A DNA stretch of 64,000 bases from a virus, in the IMG/VR virus record IMGVR_UViG_3300032213_001381, positions 4,938 through 68,937 of that record. One strand, given 5' to 3'. The notes under the pieces were generated by a model that made no database searches, was not told where the DNA came from, and saw nothing but the letters and a program-made list of their open reading frames with translations. Positions within the stretch are counted from its first letter, which is position 1; each line of letters starts with the position of its first letter. A program made the position numbers and the translations under genes. Positions 61,115 to 64,000 of this stretch are shown piece by piece.

Positions 61115-61345
61115 TTATGATACTTTATGACGAATTTCGTTGTATTCAACTAATTCAATTTTAGTACCATCCGGCCACTTTTTAACAATACCAGACCAAT
61201 GATCAAATTCAGTCTTAGCATCATTCTTATTAGTATATACTAACTCACTTACTCTCAATCCACTTCGTGTAACTACATAACATTTTTGCTCTGTAGTAAC
61301 GTTACTTTCTGCACCGTTTTCTTTTTTATTAGTCTTTTTAGACAT
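61115..61345 (-). CDS. Hypothetical protein
   Basis: 76-aa ORF (YVVTRSGLRVS...W...WPDGTK). Confidence 0.6.
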   Translation of the reverse strand: MSKKTNKKENGAESNVTTEQKCYVVTRSGLRVSELVYTNKNDAKTEFDHWSGIVKKWPDGTKIELVEYNEIRHKVS

Positions 61346-61418
61346 ATTAACTATATAGTTTAATTGTTATTACTTTGGTTTTAATGTACAAATTTATGAT
61401 AACCAGTCATAAATTAAA

Positions 61419-61616
61419 TCATTCATCATCACCTTCAATATCTTTTGAAGATGCCAATGGAAGTGAACTTGTTTCTTCAACAATAGCTTTAATTTCGCTC
61501 TCAATCTCTTTCATCTTCTCTTTATAACCGGCAGCTACATCCTTGAAATCTTTCTTTACAAAGATTAACTTTTCTGTCAACTCATACACTTTCTTTTCTG
61601 CTTCTTGTTTTGTCAT
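61419..61616 (-). CDS. Small coiled-coil protein
   Basis: 65-aa ORF directly downstream of the tmRNA. Confidence 0.6.
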   Translation of the reverse strand: MTKQEAEKKVYELTEKLIFVKKDFKDVAAGYKEKMKEIESEIKAIVEETSSLPLASSKDIEGDDE

Positions 61617-61656
61617 ATACTATATTTTATTATTTGTTTTTACTTATCACCGAAAT

Positions 61657-62041
61657 TGGTGGACATAAAGGGAGTCGAACCCTTGTCTTTAAAACAGTAT
61701 CATAATCAGACTACGTGTGTATACATTTTTTAGTTGTTAAGAACAATTATATTAAATATCAAAACTAATTGTTCTAAAGATTTACAAAATACTCAACCAA
61801 CAACGCAAATCAAATTGTTGATATAGCCTGATAGTTTACACTCAATATTATTATCAGACATCATAATATCGAATGTGCAGCCAAATTAGGCTGCTAGTGC
61901 TACTGCATCACGGGAGGTGAAGTTGTAGCTGATTACATTATCTTCAGCAGTTAATGTTTTGATAGAAGTTTTAAGAGGCCAACTATCATCCTCTACACGC
62001 CTAACTAGTCAATTGTCTTAAATCGAGACCAGTATATGCCC
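61657..62041 (-). ncRNA. ssrA: tmRNA, tag peptide (A)AEDNVISYNFTSRDAVALAA
   Basis: 5' GGGCATA pairs with 3' TATGTCC-A-CCA including G3.U70; T-arm AAGGG-TTCGACT-CCCTT; tag ORF 61948-61886 after TAACT, ending ALAA-TAA in a hairpin. Confidence 0.93.
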
Positions 62042-62049
62042 ATAAACTC

Positions 62050-62304
62050 TCAAAGATCAAAAAATTGTCTATAAGATATTGTTTCATCCAAACCAAGTTC
62101 TCGTCTCATATTAGCAAATAATTCTTTACCTCTTTCAACTGAAACCGGTTGGTTTAATTCTTCTTTTTCAATATCTTTAATAAGAATTGATATTTCACGA
62201 CGAATTCTATTAGATTCAATTGGATTATTATCTTTTGTTTCTAATTCATCTTGTAATTGACTCAATTTATTTTTTAAGTCGTTTAGTTTCTTATTTGTTT
62301 CCAT
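62050..62304 (-). CDS. Hypothetical coiled-coil protein (true start probably METNKK at 62304)
   Basis: The track's 5' extension overlaps tRNA-Gly; the ATG at 62304 has ATATTTATA just upstream. Confidence 0.6.
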   Translation of the reverse strand: METNKKLNDLKNKLSQLQDELETKDNNPIESNRIRREISILIKDIEKEELNQPVSVERGKELFANMRRELGLDETISYRQFFDL

Positions 62305-62334
62305 TCTTATAAATATATAAGAATTTTCTAAAAG

Positions 62335-62408
62335 TGGAGCGGGTAGAGGGAATCGAACCCTCACATCAACCTTGGCAAGGTCGAAGGCTACCACTACATC
62401 ATACCCGC
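62335..62408 (-). tRNA. tRNA-Gly(GCC)
   Basis: GCGGGTA acceptor, loop TTGCCAA, GGTTCGATT T-loop, TCCA end. Confidence 0.93.
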
Positions 62409-62415
62409 TTTAAAA

Positions 62416-62490
62416 TGGTGGACCGTAAGAGAATCGAACTCTTCCCTAAAGCTTGCAAAGCTCCCGTGCTACCACTATCACTAACAGCCC
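62416..62490 (-). tRNA. tRNA-Ala(TGC)
   Basis: GGGCTGT/ACGGTCC with G3.U70, loop TTTGCAA, ACCA end. Confidence 0.92.
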
Positions 62491-62498
62491 ATTTAAAA

Positions 62499-62527
62499 AT
62501 CTTACACCAATATATAGTGTTTGTCAA
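62499..62527 (-). promoter_or_regulatory. Sigma70-type promoter upstream of tRNA-Ala
   Basis: TTGACA-17 nt-TAAGAT, 8 nt before the tRNA 5' end. Confidence 0.7.
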
Positions 62528-62536
62528 ATCAAAAAA

Positions 62537-62622
62537 CGGCGCAAACTACGGGAATCGAACCCATCACCGCTGATAACTTAAGTTCAATCCTAAGCCAACG
62601 TTCTCACCAGATTGCAGCTAGC
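62537..62622 (-). ncRNA. Aberrant tRNA-like element (pseudo-tRNA or tRNA mimic)
   Basis: Acceptor-like GCTAGCT/AGTTTGC, intact T-arm ATGGG-TTCGATT-CCCGT, no clear D-stem, long central stem, ends GCCG instead of NCCA. Confidence 0.55.
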
Positions 62623-62630
62623 ATATAAAA

Positions 62631-62706
62631 TGGTCGGGATGGAGAATTTTGCAATCTCAACCTCCTGTCTCCAAAACAGGCCGTCTACTTTTGACATTAC
62701 ATCCCG
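62631..62706 (-). tRNA. tRNA-Pro(TGG), atypical copy
   Basis: CGGGATG acceptor, CCTGT-TTTGGAG-ACAGG anticodon arm, ACCA; T-loop TGCAAAA and a D-loop without GG. Confidence 0.75.
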
Positions 62707-62713
62707 ATTAAAA

Positions 62714-62787
62714 TGGTTGGGGATGATGGAATCGAACCACCACAAGCAGATTCAAAGTCTGCCGCACTACCATTATGCAAATCCCCA
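62714..62787 (-). tRNA. tRNA-Gln(TTG)
   Basis: TGGGGAT acceptor, GCAGA-CTTTGAA-TCTGC, GGTTCGATT, CCA. Confidence 0.92.
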
Positions 62788-62794
62788 GTTAAAT

Positions 62795-62868
62795 TGGAGC
62801 GGGTAGTGAGAATCGAACTCACCTTGCCAGTTTGGAAGACTGGCGCTTTACCACTAAGCTATACCCGC
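62795..62868 (-). tRNA. tRNA-Gly(TCC)
   Basis: GCGGGTA acceptor, CCAGT-CTTCCAA-ACTGG, TCCA. Confidence 0.93.
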
Positions 62869-62884
62869 AAAAGTTTCTAAAAAA

Positions 62885-62972
62885 TGGCGGTTGAGGAAAG
62901 ATTCGAACTTTCGGAGGCTTTCACCTCGGAGCTTTAGCAAAGCTCTGCATTAGACCACTCTGCCACCCAACC
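62885..62972 (-). tRNA. tRNA-Ser(GCT)
   Basis: GAGCT-TTGCTAA-AGCTC, long variable arm, GCCA end. Confidence 0.92.
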
Positions 62973-62978
62973 ATAAAA

Positions 62979-63484
62979 TTATATATTTTTCTGAACATTA
63001 TATCCATTGTGTTCTAAAACTTCTTTACATAATTTAATAAAATCTTCAATCAATAAATCTCCTTTTGCCATATTAGCATCTTTACAAGATAATCCTAAAT
63101 TATTAATATCACATCCTCCACCTTTTGATACTGGTACAATATGATCACAATTATAAGTTTTTGGTTCTAATAAATCAATTTTTCTCCCAGTTAAATAACA
63201 CACAGGATTCTTTATAATCTTATCTTTAAATTCTTCAGCTGTAAAATTTAAAGATTCCCGTTTTCCAACACAATTTCTATTTCCATTTACAAAACTAAAA
63301 TTATCTTTTTTTCTTTTTAAGATTGCATTTAAAGTTTTTTTATGATTTTTAAATCTTAATTTAGTCTTTTGTTTTTGTCCTATCCCACAATGATAGGAAA
63401 TTGTTCCTTTTGAACATTTTAAAAGTTTTTGTATTTCTTTATATGATTTTCCTTCATTTCTCAATTTCAATATTTGTTCTTTCA
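62979..63484 (-). mobile_element. Free-standing HNH endonuclease with an N-terminal HTH inside the tRNA array
   Basis: MKEQILKLRNEGKSYKEI...SKGTISYH HTH; CYLTG...DHIVPVSKGG...NL..SC..AN..K HNH core; start at MKEQ assumed. Confidence 0.85.
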
Positions 63485-63587
63485 TATTAATATATATGAA
63501 GAGGTTCAAATAAAATCAAATAATATTATTTGAACAGAATAATATATCTGTAAATCTTTTGACAAACTCCGATTTCTTCAAGAGACG

Positions 63588-63616
63588 ATATTATCAGTCT
63601 TCGGTTCCATTGTCAA
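63588..63616 (-). promoter_or_regulatory. Sigma70-type promoter candidate upstream of the HNH gene
   Basis: TTGACA-17 nt-TAATAT, embedded in an inverted-repeat region. Confidence 0.5.
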
Positions 63617-63633
63617 GTGGAGTTGTATTAAAA

Positions 63634-63725
63634 TGGCGGTTGATGTCCGTACTGCCCGGACCTTCGTCTTTCAACGAACTCAGTTTTCAAGACTGATGCA
63701 GCCAGCTTATATCTGCCTATCAACC
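63634..63725 (-). tRNA. tRNA-Ser(TGA), atypical D- and T-loops
   Basis: GGTTGAT/ATCAACC-G-CCA, TCAGT-CTTGAAA-ACTGA, long variable arm; T-arm GTCCG-GGCAGTA-CGGAC. Confidence 0.8.
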
Positions 63726-63740
63726 ATATAAATTAAAAAT

Positions 63741-63825
63741 TGGTGGGCATAGAGGGACTTGAACCCCCACGGATTACTCCACGAGCTTCTAAGACTCGCA
63801 CGGCTGCCAATTACGTCATATGCCC
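63741..63825 (-). tRNA. tRNA-Leu(TAG)
   Basis: CGAGT-CTTAGAA-GCTCG, variable arm, GGTTCAAGT, ACCA. Confidence 0.9.
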
Positions 63826-63832
63826 AATAAAA

Positions 63833-63910
63833 TGGTCGGAATGATAGGATTTGAACCTACGACATCTTGCTCCCAAAGCAAGCGCTCTAGCCAAACTGAG
63901 CTACATTCCG
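63833..63910 (-). tRNA. tRNA-Pro(TGG), canonical copy
   Basis: CGGAATG acceptor, CTTGC-TTTGGGA-GCAAG, GGTTCAAAT, ACCA. Confidence 0.93.
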
Positions 63911-63917
63911 ATTAAAA

Positions 63918-63992
63918 TGGTAGGCGGTAAAGGATTTGAACCTCTGGCCTTGACCGTGTAAAGGTCCTGCTCTTCCACTGAGCTAACCGCCC
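63918..63992 (-). tRNA. tRNA-Val(TAC)
   Basis: GGGCGGT acceptor, loop TTTACAC, GGTTCAAAT, ACCA. Confidence 0.92.
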
Positions 63993-64000
63993 ATTTAAAA

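Noticed and set aside
62305-62394. N-terminal extension of the 114-aa ORF
   Set aside because: It overlaps tRNA-Gly(GCC); the ATG at 62304 with the upstream motif is the better start.
3158-62806. Numerous short plus-strand ORFs in the track (e.g. 11295-11561, 17472-17840, 54818-55297, 62334-62573, 62612-62806)
   Set aside because: They are antisense shadows of well-supported minus-strand genes or tRNAs, with no independent motifs; only 12054-12955 is credible.
1-64000. Alternative genetic code (stop codon reassignment), as seen in some large phages
   Set aside because: Genes are full length and tightly packed in the standard code. TAA, TGA and one TAG all occur as apparent stops, and no suppressor tRNA is seen in the window.

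Overview
A 64-kb, AT-rich stretch of a large T4-like (myovirus, probably jumbo) phage genome, read in the standard code with almost all genes on the minus strand. It carries the head module (portal, large terminase, prohead protease, scaffold, major capsid), neck and tail-terminator genes, tail sheath, a baseplate block (gp5-, gp25- and gp6-like) and several Ser/Gly/Thr-rich fibre proteins. It also has a fused SbcD-SbcC (Mre11-Rad50), a primase, a RuvC-like resolvase, a gp55-like late sigma factor, Hsp20, PhoH, two free-standing homing endonucleases, a complete tmRNA and part of a tRNA array (10 tRNAs plus one aberrant tRNA-like element). The most interesting signal is a set of head-region proteins with a shared MIKL..L..E leader and (I/L)xE junctions. 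One is a 990-aa apparent polyprotein (ligase-like domain plus two Pol-beta-type nucleotidyltransferase domains) overlapping an upstream flavoprotein gene, suggesting enzyme cargo that is packaged in the capsid, matured by the protease and injected. Other notable signals are a strand-oriented ATATTTAT(A) motif just upstream of many start codons (the reverse complement of the T4 late promoter), a scaffold leader whose hairpin loop is complementary to its own Shine-Dalgarno, and pervasive (S/T)-(G/A/S)-S tripeptides concentrated in predicted external virion proteins. All functional calls come from motif recognition by eye; no database searches were run.
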